Below, in pieces: positions 63,981 through 64,000 of a stretch of 64,000 bases of DNA (positions are counted from its first letter, which is position 1; each line of letters begins with the position of its first letter). The DNA is from Chiloscyllium plagiosum. Its lineage: Eukaryota. The stretch is from contig NC_057728.1 in the NCBI RefSeq assembly GCF_004010195.1, positions 52,530,401 to 52,594,400 of the forward strand, written 5' to 3'. Position numbers and translations under genes: made by a program. The notes below the pieces were generated by a model. It did no database searches, had not been told where the DNA came from, and saw nothing but the letters and a program-made list of their open reading frames with translations.

Positions 63981-64000
63981 CCAATTAAAGGCAATTTCTA

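Overview
This is a vertebrate, repeat-rich genomic window. It is very probably from a shark, inferred from the HE1-type SINEs, HER1/CR1 LINEs and SacSINE-like elements; no species can be assigned from the sequence alone. The only host gene I can support is the 3' end of TMTC3 on the + strand: three GT-AG exons (564-733, 5323-5549, 11383-12209) splice in frame to give the C-terminal TPR repeats and terminal coiled coil, followed by a 3' UTR. The remaining ~50 kb is intergenic DNA built from layered retroelements: CR1 LINEs (one nested three levels deep), about 13 HE1/V-SINEs, DeuSINE-like relics, Tx1-like L1 3' ends, a Rex/Babar fragment, a solo LTR and one TA-flanked MITE. The most striking pattern is at least three Penelope-like element (PLE) families. 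Their copies are repeatedly fold-back (inverted) insertions with 10-17 bp target-site duplications (TSDs), and their termini carry minimal hammerhead-ribozyme cores (CUGANGA-stem II-GAAA-palindromic stem III-UH). The smallest are ~200 bp protein-free hairpins with two back-to-back cores. Other notable structures are an SVA-like composite (YY1 motif, 26-bp VNTR, LINE-like tail), twin Tx1 copies at one site in an LTR, and a local inverted templated duplication. There is an assembly gap at 16307-16837. Family names come from recognising motifs by eye, not from database searches.
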